The notes: generated by a model from the letters alone, not told the origin. A stretch of DNA of 32,000 nt from Promethearchaeum syntrophicum (GCF_008000775.2 NZ_CP042905.2:3270001-3302000); one strand, 5' to 3'. Numbered from the stretch's first letter, positions 18,159 through 27,740 are shown. A program made the numbers and translations.

Positions 18159-18893
18159 TTATTTCTTTTTATCAATTAAATTTCTTAACGATTTTAGTTC
18201 TTTTCTCAGTTCCATATTGTCGGTTTCTAAATCATTAACGGTATGCTCTAAGCGTTCCACACGCTTAAGAATTCCTTGTATTTCACTTGAAGATATACCT
18301 TGCTGTTTTCCGGTTTTTACTTCTGGTTTCTTAACTGCACGGACAAAATTATCTCCAGAAGGAATAACCTTTAAATTACCTCCACGATGATTTGTGGCCC
18401 CTTGCGATTTCCCTGTTGCAGAATAATTCGATGCAGCTAGAGCAGGAGACAGATCCGCCGTTGTAGATTCTCCTTGAGATGGTTGTTCGTCTTCTTTTAC
18501 CCACCCTGAAGCTTGTGGTCGTTTAATTTGAACATTATCTGGAACTTTATCTAATGAAACTAATTGACTCTCAGCTTTGCCCGCTGTTTTCCTCGCATTT
18601 TTTTGGTCTTCAATAGCCCTCATTGCTTTTTGGCGTATAAATCCGATTGTTTTTTGAATTTGATAAGGATTTATATTCGGAATTGCAATTACACTTAATG
18701 CCCAGCCTGTAAGATGATTGCCCAGCGGGATTTCATCTGGATTTTCTTTATAGACTTTACTGGCTAAAACTGTACTACCCTTAACTAGTCTTATTGCCCA
18801 GTAATTGTTTACTTTCCCCATTTGTAGTTGATAAGAACTACCCGCAATACCTAATTGTGGAGTTAATGGTTGGAAATCTTGATTTTCGCTCAT
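18159..18893 (-). CDS. Hypothetical protein: N-terminal globular domain, low-complexity linker, C-terminal coiled coil
   Basis: 244 aa; YQLQMGKVNNYWAIRLVKGSTVLASKVY; linker rich in S/G/Q/P; IQGILKRVERLEHTVNDLETDNMELRKELKSLRNLID heptads. Confidence 0.75.
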   Translation of the reverse strand: MSENQDFQPLTPQLGIAGSSYQLQMGKVNNYWAIRLVKGSTVLASKVYKENPDEIPLGNHLTGWALSVIAIPNINPYQIQKTIGFIRQKAMRAIEDQKNARKTAGKAESQLVSLDKVPDNVQIKRPQASGWVKEDEQPSQGESTTADLSPALAASNYSATGKSQGATNHRGGNLKVIPSGDNFVRAVKKPEVKTGKQQGISSSEIQGILKRVERLEHTVNDLETDNMELRKELKSLRNLIDKKK

Positions 18894-19031
18894 TTTGGTC
18901 CTTTCGCTCTCGATTTATTTTTGAATAACTTAAATAATTCCCTTTTTATTCTATATGATTTGTTTTTCGTTTATAGCCTTAAATTTTTTTCTATCGTTAT
19001 TTATTTAACTTAGAAAAAACCTAAATAAAAT

Positions 19032-20006
19032 ATGGTCTCACCGAGAGGAAAAATAAAATTAAATCTTGAAATTTATAAAACTATCATAGCTACAACCGTG
19101 AGATATGCTAATGTAAAAATTCCTGAAGAGAAATGGGCTGAAGTGTATGGTCTTTTATATGGATACATTAATGGTGATGATGTGATTGTAACTGAAGCCA
19201 TTCCGTTCACACATACAAAAAAACAACGACATATTCTAAAAGTGGAATTTGACGAGGAAGATTACGCACTTGCAGCATCTATTGAAACTGAGGAATTTTA
19301 TATCAGAGATCCTCCACAATACATAGTAGGCTGGTATCACTCCCATCCGGGAATAAAATTAATGCTCAGTCAAGATGATGTTAAAAATCAATTAGCTTGG
19401 CAAACGAATAACCCTTTAGCAGTTGCTTTAGTTTTTAATCCTGTACGTCTTCTAAAACAGATCGAGGTTCCGGCAAGAAAAGGAGATCCTATTAAGCAAT
19501 TGCATTTGGATACGGGTTTTTTGAATTTTAGACTCGATGATCCTAATCGGGGTTTAGAAGCAGCGTTTCACATAGTTCCATTTGAGTTTACCGATTTAAA
19601 ATTGGATGAAACATTGATATCCAATGCTCAAGAATTTGTTAGATGGGTAACCCGTGCATTTCCCAAAGGTGATGATGTAATATCTGAATATCAAAGATAT
19701 ACTGAATCAAATTTACAGAAATTGGACGAAATTTACAACGGAACAAACAGTTATAAAAATACTCTTATAAGAAAAGGAGAAAACCACCGAATTCCACAAG
19801 TAGTGGAAAATCAATCACAAGAGGCACTCAAAGTATTAGAACAAGGGAATAATATGATAAATATCTTTAAAATTATGAAAAATTATTTAGAATATAAAGA
19901 ACGTGAGCGTTTGATCCCTCAGATTGATGATATTTTAAACAATTGGGATCAAAGAACTATGAACTATATGGAAAATTTCAAGAATTTAGCCAGTAAAGAA
20001 CAATGA
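19032..20006 (+). CDS. JAMM/MPN+ domain protein, Rpn11/CSN5-like isopeptidase candidate
   Basis: Catalytic Glu in EVYGLLYG and complete HxHx7SxxD motif in GWYHSHPGIKLMLSQDD. Confidence 0.88.
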   Translation: MVSPRGKIKLNLEIYKTIIATTVRYANVKIPEEKWAEVYGLLYGYINGDDVIVTEAIPFTHTKKQRHILKVEFDEEDYALAASIETEEFYIRDPPQYIVGWYHSHPGIKLMLSQDDVKNQLAWQTNNPLAVALVFNPVRLLKQIEVPARKGDPIKQLHLDTGFLNFRLDDPNRGLEAAFHIVPFEFTDLKLDETLISNAQEFVRWVTRAFPKGDDVISEYQRYTESNLQKLDEIYNGTNSYKNTLIRKGENHRIPQVVENQSQEALKVLEQGNNMINIFKIMKNYLEYKERERLIPQIDDILNNWDQRTMNYMENFKNLASKEQ

Positions 20007-21818
20007 TTAATAATTTATAGTCATTTTTTTTACGCGATCTTCAATGGTCACCATTTTTTTATCCATTTTGGAGAGATATGTTTCAATTTTCTTACCGCGA
20101 TAATAGAAACTGAAATTTACTTCTTTATTTAAAACGGACCAGTCAGGAACAAAATTTATTGAATCATCGAGAATTTCGGCTCCAAGCAAACCTCTATAAA
20201 AGAGGGAATGTAAGGGGGATTGACCCAAATCATACCCATAACACCTATCGGACTTTGGAATTTTAATAGAATTTACATTATAACTTAAAGGGGGATAGAA
20301 TTTATAAATACCACCATAGAGATTGAAAGAATAATTTAAATAGCGAAAAATCTTATAGCATATCTCAGTTACAATGCGGTTTAAGTTGAATTTTTTAAGC
20401 CCACGTAGTAACCAATAATTTTGTGAGAGTAAAGCTGGACCGTGCCATATTTCATTTGAATAAAATGGTTCATCTAACGCAAGGGTTGGAACTGGAAATT
20501 CACTCCAAAATTCATCAGGGTTAATTAAATGATCCATAATAGGTTGAATATGAACTTTTGATACAATCCCACCGTACAATGCCCAAAATCCTGCGATAGT
20601 TTTCATAGGTTGAATTAATTGAGTTTCAAAATCAAAATCATAGTAAAATTGGGTTTTTGGATCCCAAAAATATTTCTGAGCATTCTCCTGAAGTGCTTCA
20701 GCTTTCTTAAAATAAGATGAACTATTCTCATCTCCCATAATTAAACCCAAAACACCCATATTTTGATAATATTCACACATTTGGGAATTTAAATCAATTA
20801 GTAGTAGAGAGCGATTTTCTGAGGGTTTCTTAAGGTTCCACAAATTTCCATCAAATTGCTGTGAGAAACGTGGGGAACTTTTCATCATTGTTTCTATTCC
20901 AAAATCGTTGACAGAATGGATAGCACCAAAAAGATTGTAAGGTTCAATAAATCTATTTTTTTCCCACCATTCCAAATTTTTTTTACATAAGGGATAAAGC
21001 TCTGAGATAATTTTTTTATCGCCTGATAATTTAGAATAATCTAACAAAACAGATGACCATATTGGGGGTATTGATAACGATTTTTCTGATATCATTCCGT
21101 TTTCCATCAATCCATCAGGTTTTAAATACTCGTTAAATAATTTTATCAATTGTTTTTTGGCTAAATGGGAATGGAACCACATTAAATCCTCGATTATATG
21201 AAGAGATTCCCAAGGAGTCAAAACTTTTGAATATGGCCAGCATGATGAAACAAGATTTGATTCATTAGTAAAATCATGGGGAAATCGATTCAATCTATGG
21301 AGGACCCAATGAAAATTCCAAATTTCTTTACTAATATATCTATTTGTATTGGGTATATCTTCAAGCCATTTTTGAATACTCTTCCGCCTATCCGAAATCG
21401 CGTTCAAAATATCTTCTGACTTAGGAATAACATCATTATTTTTCGAAAAAGAGAAAATATAAAAAAGTTTGTTTGTTTGGGAGACCTCACTAAAATTTTT
21501 GAAATTCTCGTCATGAATTTTTAAATATTGAGTTATTTCAGGCGAGATTTCTAATATGAGACAAGAAAACATACAATAGATTTTTATTTTAAAATCTATA
21601 TAAAATGGAGATTTTAATTTACACAATAAGCAATCTCCATACCATTCTATTGATTTTGGTGGATCCTTTATCAAGAAATCTATAATTATCAAGTTTTTAT
21701 ATCTCAATTGCAAATTTGGTTTTAAATAGCAATCAATCCAAAAATTATTGGGCTCTCTATTCTTTGAGCTCTGGTTAATGGAAAAGATCTTGTAATTAAA
21801 CTCCAGCTCAGAACTCAT
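20007..21818 (-). CDS. Glycoside hydrolase with (alpha/alpha)6-barrel, GH63/trehalase-like (MGH1-type)
   Basis: NLVSSCWPYSKVLTPWESLHIIEDLMWF, GLMENGMISEKSLSIPPIWSSVLLDY, SRSLLLIDLNSQMCEYY-like region, GFWALYGGIV, WHGPALLSQNYWLLRGL. Confidence 0.7.
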   Translation of the reverse strand: MSSELEFNYKIFSINQSSKNREPNNFWIDCYLKPNLQLRYKNLIIIDFLIKDPPKSIEWYGDCLLCKLKSPFYIDFKIKIYCMFSCLILEISPEITQYLKIHDENFKNFSEVSQTNKLFYIFSFSKNNDVIPKSEDILNAISDRRKSIQKWLEDIPNTNRYISKEIWNFHWVLHRLNRFPHDFTNESNLVSSCWPYSKVLTPWESLHIIEDLMWFHSHLAKKQLIKLFNEYLKPDGLMENGMISEKSLSIPPIWSSVLLDYSKLSGDKKIISELYPLCKKNLEWWEKNRFIEPYNLFGAIHSVNDFGIETMMKSSPRFSQQFDGNLWNLKKPSENRSLLLIDLNSQMCEYYQNMGVLGLIMGDENSSSYFKKAEALQENAQKYFWDPKTQFYYDFDFETQLIQPMKTIAGFWALYGGIVSKVHIQPIMDHLINPDEFWSEFPVPTLALDEPFYSNEIWHGPALLSQNYWLLRGLKKFNLNRIVTEICYKIFRYLNYSFNLYGGIYKFYPPLSYNVNSIKIPKSDRCYGYDLGQSPLHSLFYRGLLGAEILDDSINFVPDWSVLNKEVNFSFYYRGKKIETYLSKMDKKMVTIEDRVKKMTINY

Positions 21819-21866
21819 TGTTCATTTTAAAAGTTCGAGATCATAAAAAGATTAGTTTCAGATATT

Positions 21867-22718
21867 TTAACTACATTTTTGATAAATCTCTCTCATCTTT
21901 CTTAAACGAGATCTTAATGTAATATCTGATACGTTAGCTGCTCTTGAAATTACTTTCTGGCTATAATTTTTATGTAAAATACAACAAGCTAAATAAATCG
22001 CTGCTGCATTTATTCCACAATTGTTTAGTCCGCTTATATTATTTTTTTCTATGTATTTTTCTCTGATTTGTTTAGCTTTCTGAACTACATCCTCAGACAT
22101 CCGTAATTTTGAACAAATTCCAGGTATATTGTCAGCTAAACTCAGATTTAATCTCTTCAACCTTAATTTTTGAATTAATATATAGTAATATCTTCCAAAA
22201 AGTTTTACAGAATAAATATTATCCTGGCATATTTCTTTAATTGATACTGAAAAACGATAAAATCTTGCTGAATAATAAAAGCAAACTCGGGAAATCAGAG
22301 TAACATATTTGAATTTAAAATCTTCTAAAAGAATTGATTTTTCAAATAAATATTGTGCACGTTTTAACACATTTTGTCCAAAATGATGCATAGAAGTTAG
22401 ACGATGTAATTCCCAAATGCCAATTTTTTTCTTTCGTTCTTTCCATTCTTTATTCATATTATATTTTAATGCTCGTTTTAAAGCTTGATTTTCAATATTG
22501 TGAATATTTCCTTTTACATTGGAACCTTCTTGATTATAAATCCGGGGGGTACTCCATTCTGGTATAATGACCGAAGTTTCAAAAACAAGACCACAATTTC
22601 GGCATACTATTGTTCCCCGTTCAACATCATGGAATATCTCATGATGTTCATCAGTTTTAGGTTGATGATTTAAAATTTTTGTAGATTTTGATTTTTGTTC
22701 TACAAATGTAATTGCCAT
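21867..22718 (-). CDS. tfb: Transcription initiation factor IIB (TFB) paralogue with degenerate Zn ribbon
   Basis: DVERGTIVCRNCGLVFETSVI followed by two cyclin-like repeat regions (KLRMSEDVVQKAKQIREKY, INAAAIYLACCI, ISRAANVSDITLRSRLRKM). Confidence 0.85.
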   Translation of the reverse strand: MAITFVEQKSKSTKILNHQPKTDEHHEIFHDVERGTIVCRNCGLVFETSVIIPEWSTPRIYNQEGSNVKGNIHNIENQALKRALKYNMNKEWKERKKKIGIWELHRLTSMHHFGQNVLKRAQYLFEKSILLEDFKFKYVTLISRVCFYYSARFYRFSVSIKEICQDNIYSVKLFGRYYYILIQKLRLKRLNLSLADNIPGICSKLRMSEDVVQKAKQIREKYIEKNNISGLNNCGINAAAIYLACCILHKNYSQKVISRAANVSDITLRSRLRKMREIYQKCS

Positions 22719-22936
22719 AGGTACAAATAGGATTTTAAGTATATGGTTAGTTGGATGTTAGCATCAGAGCTACCGTGAAAATCGAATTTTTAGATTTAAA
22801 CTCACATAATTGGGAGAATTTTTTTAATATTTATAAAAGTTGAAAATTTTTTCCCAAGGTTTTAATACTAGATTTCTCTTAATATCATTGCAAACAAATT
22901 TAGAAAAATTCCAAAAACAACGGTGTTACTGAAAAA

Positions 22937-24874
22937 ATGGATAGAATAAAGCTCCTTGAATTTTTATTTGAAAAAAGCAGGTTTGGTGAGGGATTAACTA
23001 AAATAGAATTTTTCGAAAAACAGAAAAACCTAGAGTTTGAAGAGATCATTCCCATCCAGATAATGAAGATTAGGTTTTATGAAAAATTGGGTTTATATAA
23101 TGAAGGTATTATTCTTGCTAATAGATTGCTTCAAAATCGTGAATTATCTGCAAACCCATTATTTGAAATTGATATTTTCATAGAAATGAATAAAATTTTA
23201 TTTTCAATGGGGAAAAGTGAAAAAATCGTAAAGAATCTATTAATGGCTGAAAAGAAATTGTTAACCATTCAAAGTGCTACTGAATTAGAAATATTGGAGC
23301 GAATGGGAGATTTGGTTACATTACGAATGGGGTGTTTTTGGCAAGAAGGAGAATTAGACAATGCACTATTCTACGCTAAATTCAATTTAGATATTCGGGT
23401 AAAACTAAAAAAACAACTAGATATCGCTAATGCATACAATAATATTGGTGTTATGTATAATGCCAAGGGGAATCTCATTGAAGCTTTGAGTTATTTGAAT
23501 CAAGCATTTAAATTATATTCAGAAATTAATTCAACTCGTGGTTATTCAAAAACAGGAAATAATATTGGGGCAATTCTTATACAATTGGGGAGACTTAACG
23601 AGAGTTTAAAATATATGGAACAATCTCTCGAAATAGATTATTCTGATGGATATATGGAAGGAATTCGGGTAGCCTCTCAAAATATTGGTGAAGTATATTG
23701 GCATAAAGGAGAATATGAAAAAGCATTAAACCATTTATTTAAAGCACTAGACCTATGCTCAAAATCTGAAGATGGATTTCAATTTTCGGAGATATTGGTA
23801 CCCATAGTAGCTGTATTATTAGAAATGAATAATTTAAAACTAGCAAACTATTATTTACATCAACTAGAGCTAATAAAAAATCAAGAAGAAAATAAGATCA
23901 TTCAACAAAGATATTTTCTAACCAGTGCAATGGTGTTAAGGAAAAGTAAAAGTAAAGGATCCTTATCAAACGCTGAAGATTTATTAAAGATTATTATTGA
24001 AGATGATATTCGTTATCATGATATAACTGTGATGGCACTATTACTGATTTCTGAAATTTTAATAGATAAATTTGAGAAAACCAATAATCTCCTGATAATT
24101 GAGGATATACGCAAGAGTATAAAATTATTGGTTGCTATCACAAAGGATACAAAATCTTACTCCCTTATGGTTGAATCTTTACTTATGGAGGCAAAACTTG
24201 CACTATTAGATATCGATTTTCATTTTTCCCAAGCATGTTTAGATAAAGCACTAAAAATTGCAAACGATTTTGAATTAAATCGAATTAAAACTAAAGTGTT
24301 AAACGAATATGATGTTTTTCTCGAAAATTATTCCTTTTGGGATAAAATTTCTAAGAAAGATCAGGATAATTTCAAGCGAAAACAATTAAATATGATTAAA
24401 TCACAGATTCGAAATTTCTTTTCACCAAAACTTGAAGAATTTGAAAAAGGTGAAGCAGACACACCTCTCCTTTTAATTTTAATGCAAATTGATGGAACAA
24501 TCATAGTCTCCCAAGAATTTAATGAAGAGTGGAGAATTAATGGTATGAGATTTAACATCTTTCAAATGAATTTATATAAATATTTACGGAATTATATTAA
24601 TAATTCTGTCGATTTTGCACAATTTGAGGATAATAAGATATTTTTGATGAAAATTGGAGAATCTATTGCATGCTATGTTTATCAAGGGTCCTCTAATTCG
24701 GCTATTCAAAAACTAAGTAAATTTTCAGAAGTCCTGTTAGAAAATCAGCCATTTTTGAATAAAATTAAAGAATCAATAGAAGTTAATCATGAAATTGATC
24801 TTAACCGCCATAAAAGCTTTCAAAATTGGATAAAAAATATTTTTACCACTCCTATCGGAGTAGAAATTATTTAA
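22937..24874 (+). CDS. TPR-repeat protein with a C-terminal alpha/beta domain
   Basis: Tandem TPRs (ANAYNNIGVMYNAKGNLIEALSYLNQAF; SKTGNNIGAILIQLGRLNESLKYMEQSLEI); C-terminal TPLLLILMQIDGTIIVSQEF. Confidence 0.85.
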   Translation: MDRIKLLEFLFEKSRFGEGLTKIEFFEKQKNLEFEEIIPIQIMKIRFYEKLGLYNEGIILANRLLQNRELSANPLFEIDIFIEMNKILFSMGKSEKIVKNLLMAEKKLLTIQSATELEILERMGDLVTLRMGCFWQEGELDNALFYAKFNLDIRVKLKKQLDIANAYNNIGVMYNAKGNLIEALSYLNQAFKLYSEINSTRGYSKTGNNIGAILIQLGRLNESLKYMEQSLEIDYSDGYMEGIRVASQNIGEVYWHKGEYEKALNHLFKALDLCSKSEDGFQFSEILVPIVAVLLEMNNLKLANYYLHQLELIKNQEENKIIQQRYFLTSAMVLRKSKSKGSLSNAEDLLKIIIEDDIRYHDITVMALLLISEILIDKFEKTNNLLIIEDIRKSIKLLVAITKDTKSYSLMVESLLMEAKLALLDIDFHFSQACLDKALKIANDFELNRIKTKVLNEYDVFLENYSFWDKISKKDQDNFKRKQLNMIKSQIRNFFSPKLEEFEKGEADTPLLLILMQIDGTIIVSQEFNEEWRINGMRFNIFQMNLYKYLRNYINNSVDFAQFEDNKIFLMKIGESIACYVYQGSSNSAIQKLSKFSEVLLENQPFLNKIKESIEVNHEIDLNRHKSFQNWIKNIFTTPIGVEII

Positions 24875-24889
24875 AATCGAAAAATTTTT

Positions 24890-24982
24890 TTAAACAAACT
24901 TCGCAATTTTATCGCAAGTTCGATTCGTATCCAGAAAAATTAATCCTAATTTTACATTTTTGAAATTGAAATTTCGTGAGTA
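24890..24982 (-). pseudogene. 3'-end fragment of a Roadblock/LC7 gene
   Basis: Reverse strand encodes NVKLGLIFLDTNRTCDKIAKFV*, matching the C terminus of the intact Roadblock ORF (NVKLGLIFLDTKRTCDKIAKFV*). Confidence 0.8.
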
Positions 24983-24993
24983 TAGTGGTTTAA

Positions 24994-25182
24994 TTAGTTG
25001 CTATTGTTGAAATTTTTTTTGATATCTTGTTCATCTTCGTAAATGAGGGTGTCTAAAAAAATTAGGTCAGGAATTCTCACTTTATCTTTGATTAAATCCC
25101 ATACTTTCATCTCAGATCGAGGGTGAGTTCTATCCTTTTTTAGATCTTTTGCAGCTTCATCTTCCTTTATTTCTTCTAACAA
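24994..25182 (-). CDS. Small hypothetical ORF (62 aa)
   Basis: Charged polypeptide with an ATG start; no family recognised. Confidence 0.3.
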   Translation of the reverse strand: MLEEIKEDEAAKDLKKDRTHPRSEMKVWDLIKDKVRIPDLIFLDTLIYEDEQDIKKNFNNSN

Positions 25183-25349
25183 AAATGGATTTTTAGGTGA
25201 AGTTTTTCAATTTGAAAAGCTTTATTCTTATTAGCACTAATTGTTCTTGTGTTAGAGTTAGAATCTAAATTGTTCTTGGCGGAAGAGTTAGATTCTAGCT
25301 CGTTTTCTTTCTTTTATTTTTTGTGTTTCTGTAGTTGAATTTACCATCT

Positions 25350-25514
25350 TAAGCAGTCACCGATATTTCTTTTACTGCGTGATATTCTAAATCCATTTGT
25401 TTGAGCCGAAGTGTTTCACATGTGTGTTTTATTCAATTTCTGATCGTTAAAAGTTGGATTTTCAGCATTGTCCCAGTGATTTTTTACTAAATTTTCCTTC
25501 CATTGCCAATCACT
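25350..25514 (-). pseudogene. Possible degraded coding region (unidentified)
   Basis: Protein-like stretches in different frames: SDWQWKENLVKNHWDNAENPTFNDQKLNKTHM then CETLRLKQMDLEYHAVKEISVTA*. Confidence 0.3.
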
Positions 25515-25901
25515 ACAAGATCATGTTTGCGTATCCAGACAAATCAATTGCTGAAGCCTATATCGGAAAAAAATAATTGATTATGGTTCTACTAATGTAA
25601 TTTAACCAGGATTAAAAAAAGGGGAATAAAGCGAATGAATAGAAAATTTCCCTCTAATTCTTTAATAAATCTCTCAGTTTCTTCAGGATGTGATTTTATA
25701 TACTTAATTTTTTTGAGGAAACTCACCCTTTCGGAGCAAAATTCTTTTGACATAACAATCCCAAAGAAATGGTGTAGATCTCGAGCAGAGAGAAAATGAG
25801 TTTTTAAGTTAATTACTACTTAATACGATGAAAATATTAAAGCTTAATATTATATATTTGGAAATTGAATCAATCGGAATAAAAACCTATAAAAAATAAC
25901 T

Positions 25902-26027
25902 CTAAACAAATTTAGCAATTTTATTGCAAGTTCGCTTCGTATCCAGAAAAATTAAACCTAATTTTACATTTTTTGATGTTGAAATCGTTAAAACTGCATT
26001 CTTAATCTTCTGAGTAATTTTTTCCAT
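25902..26027 (-). CDS. 41 aa micro-ORF made mostly of a Roadblock/LC7 C terminus (functional mini-gene or remnant)
   Basis: Translates to MEKITQKIKNAVLTISTSKNVKLGLIFLDTKRTCNKIAKFV*, matching the intact Roadblock C terminus from NAVLTIS onward; ATG is 2 nt after the LRR gene stop. Confidence 0.6.
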   Translation of the reverse strand: MEKITQKIKNAVLTISTSKNVKLGLIFLDTKRTCNKIAKFV

Positions 26028-26029
26028 TA

Positions 26030-27055
26030 CTATTTAAAAAGAGTCAAATTAGATGGTAGCTTAATCGATAACCGCTTGTTAATTTTTCTTAAAATGGAAT
26101 CAGTGTTTGGAAGGTTCGCTTCGAGGAATTTTCGGTCCTCAAAATCGGCTTCCCAAATCAGTCGGTCGAGTTCATCATCGGTGATAGTGTTTCGATGGTT
26201 TATATATTTTTCAGCGATCTCCGATATGGGTTTGCTGTAAAATTTCATTATTTTATTTTTTAGAACATTTGGATGTACCTCGAAAGCATCATTTCCAAAT
26301 TCGTCGATAAATGGAACCCGATATTCGTTTATTAATTGGATTCCCCGTGGACTAAGCGCAAATGTTTTTTGATACGTTGAATCTATAAATCTTTTTATTA
26401 GATCTTCGCTCACGTTGAAAAGGGTGCGGAGAGGATTATGTTCGATCCAGATGTTTTTTGTGGTCATCTTTGGGAGATATTTTAAGGATGTAAGGTTGTT
26501 GTGGTTGACATTAAAATCTTTTAATTTTGGCAGTTCTGGGGGCAATCCCTTTAAAGATGTGAGTTGGTTGTGATGAAAATTTAAACGTTCAAGGAGATTT
26601 GGGTTGATTTTAGGAAAATAATTTAAATTCGTAAGATTGCATGAAGTAATAGTGATTCCTCTTAAATTTGGGAGAGAATTTGGAATATATTTTAAATTTT
26701 CAAGGGGACAATTAGTTATTGTAATTCCTCTTAAAGAAGATAATTCAGAAGGTAATCCTTTTAGAGAATTTAAAGGAACATTTTGAATTATTAAACCTTT
26801 TAAATGATGTATGGAATTCGGAAGTAATTCTAGGTTTATCGAACCTTTTAATACGCGATTATACAAGTTGATTCTGATAGCATTTGGTTGATTGATTTTT
26901 GCTTCGTATTTTGGATTTTCGTGCGTAATTAAGATTACTTCAGTTGTTTTCAGAATCTTATCAAAGATACGATCAATATCTTCTTGATAATAAATTTTCG
27001 TTTCATTGTTCTCTTTTTTCATATTAAAATCATTCAGTTGTTCTAATTCTTTCAT
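26030..27055 (-). CDS. Leucine-rich-repeat protein
   Basis: Repeats such as LKGLPSELSSLRGITITNCPLENLKYIPNSLPNLRGITITSCNLTNLNYFP and LTSLKGLPPELPKLKDFNVNHNNLTSLKYLP. Confidence 0.88.
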   Translation of the reverse strand: MKELEQLNDFNMKKENNETKIYYQEDIDRIFDKILKTTEVILITHENPKYEAKINQPNAIRINLYNRVLKGSINLELLPNSIHHLKGLIIQNVPLNSLKGLPSELSSLRGITITNCPLENLKYIPNSLPNLRGITITSCNLTNLNYFPKINPNLLERLNFHHNQLTSLKGLPPELPKLKDFNVNHNNLTSLKYLPKMTTKNIWIEHNPLRTLFNVSEDLIKRFIDSTYQKTFALSPRGIQLINEYRVPFIDEFGNDAFEVHPNVLKNKIMKFYSKPISEIAEKYINHRNTITDDELDRLIWEADFEDRKFLEANLPNTDSILRKINKRLSIKLPSNLTLFK

Positions 27056-27161
27056 CTATAATACACCTAACACAACACTGGTTTAAATACATTACTCACT
27101 ATTGGTTTTCTAAAAAAAATTTGAATGAAAATAAAAAAAGAAAAGTGAAAAATGGCTTTTC

Positions 27162-27740
27162 CTAGGAAGATTGCGCATCGTCAAATAAAGACACAATTCT
27201 ATCGCAGTAATTACTCATAAATCCATCCGATAACCCAAGCCGAACCTCAAAAATATTTTTTAGGTCGTACCCATAACCATCTTTCATCTTGTGCCAGTAA
27301 TTAAACCATAACTCATTCTTGTCCAAATCTGTAAAGAAATTATAACTATAATACTGATATTCACCCAATTCTATTCTAGTATCCCCTGGATAATTCCAAT
27401 ATAATCTTTGGTTTGGGGCTACACCCTCATATCTGACTAAATTTCTATCAATAAAATCTTGTTTTTTGGGATACCATGGTTGATCTTCCTCAAAAATCTT
27501 GTTTGGATCAAACAATAAATGGATCATCCCCGAATGGTGGTAAATCTGATTAAATGCAGCCACAAATGACACCACAGATGCATGATCCAAGGTTTCTTTT
27601 GGTCTGCTTAAGTCGTTCCATAATTTCGCCGCTTGAGGAAATAGATACTCGTTAGCTATTTGAGATGGAGAACCATACCACCCACCAGTATCTTGTGTAA
27701 ACCAAGTTAATCCTTTTATTCCATATGTCGATCTGCAAAA
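27162..27740 (-). pseudogene. Apparent frameshifted gene of unknown family (3' part is the 142 aa ORF)
   Basis: The 27162-27590 ORF stays open upstream as IANEYLFPQAAKLWNDLSRPKETLDHASVV. Just beyond, the protein-like reading TYGIKGLTWFTQDTGGWYGSPSQ lies in another frame. Confidence 0.45.

Noticed and set aside
17915-18175. 86 aa minus-strand ORF
   Set aside because: Overlaps the end of 17073..18032 antisense; no recognisable features.
22485-24558. ORFs 22485..22673 (+) and 24361..24558 (-)
   Set aside because: Antisense inside the TFB and TPR genes.
24890-26003. Interpreting the duplicated 75-95 nt sequences as mobile-element repeats
   Set aside because: They translate to the Roadblock C terminus with a synonymous substitution pattern, so they are better explained as gene fragments than as MITE-like repeats.
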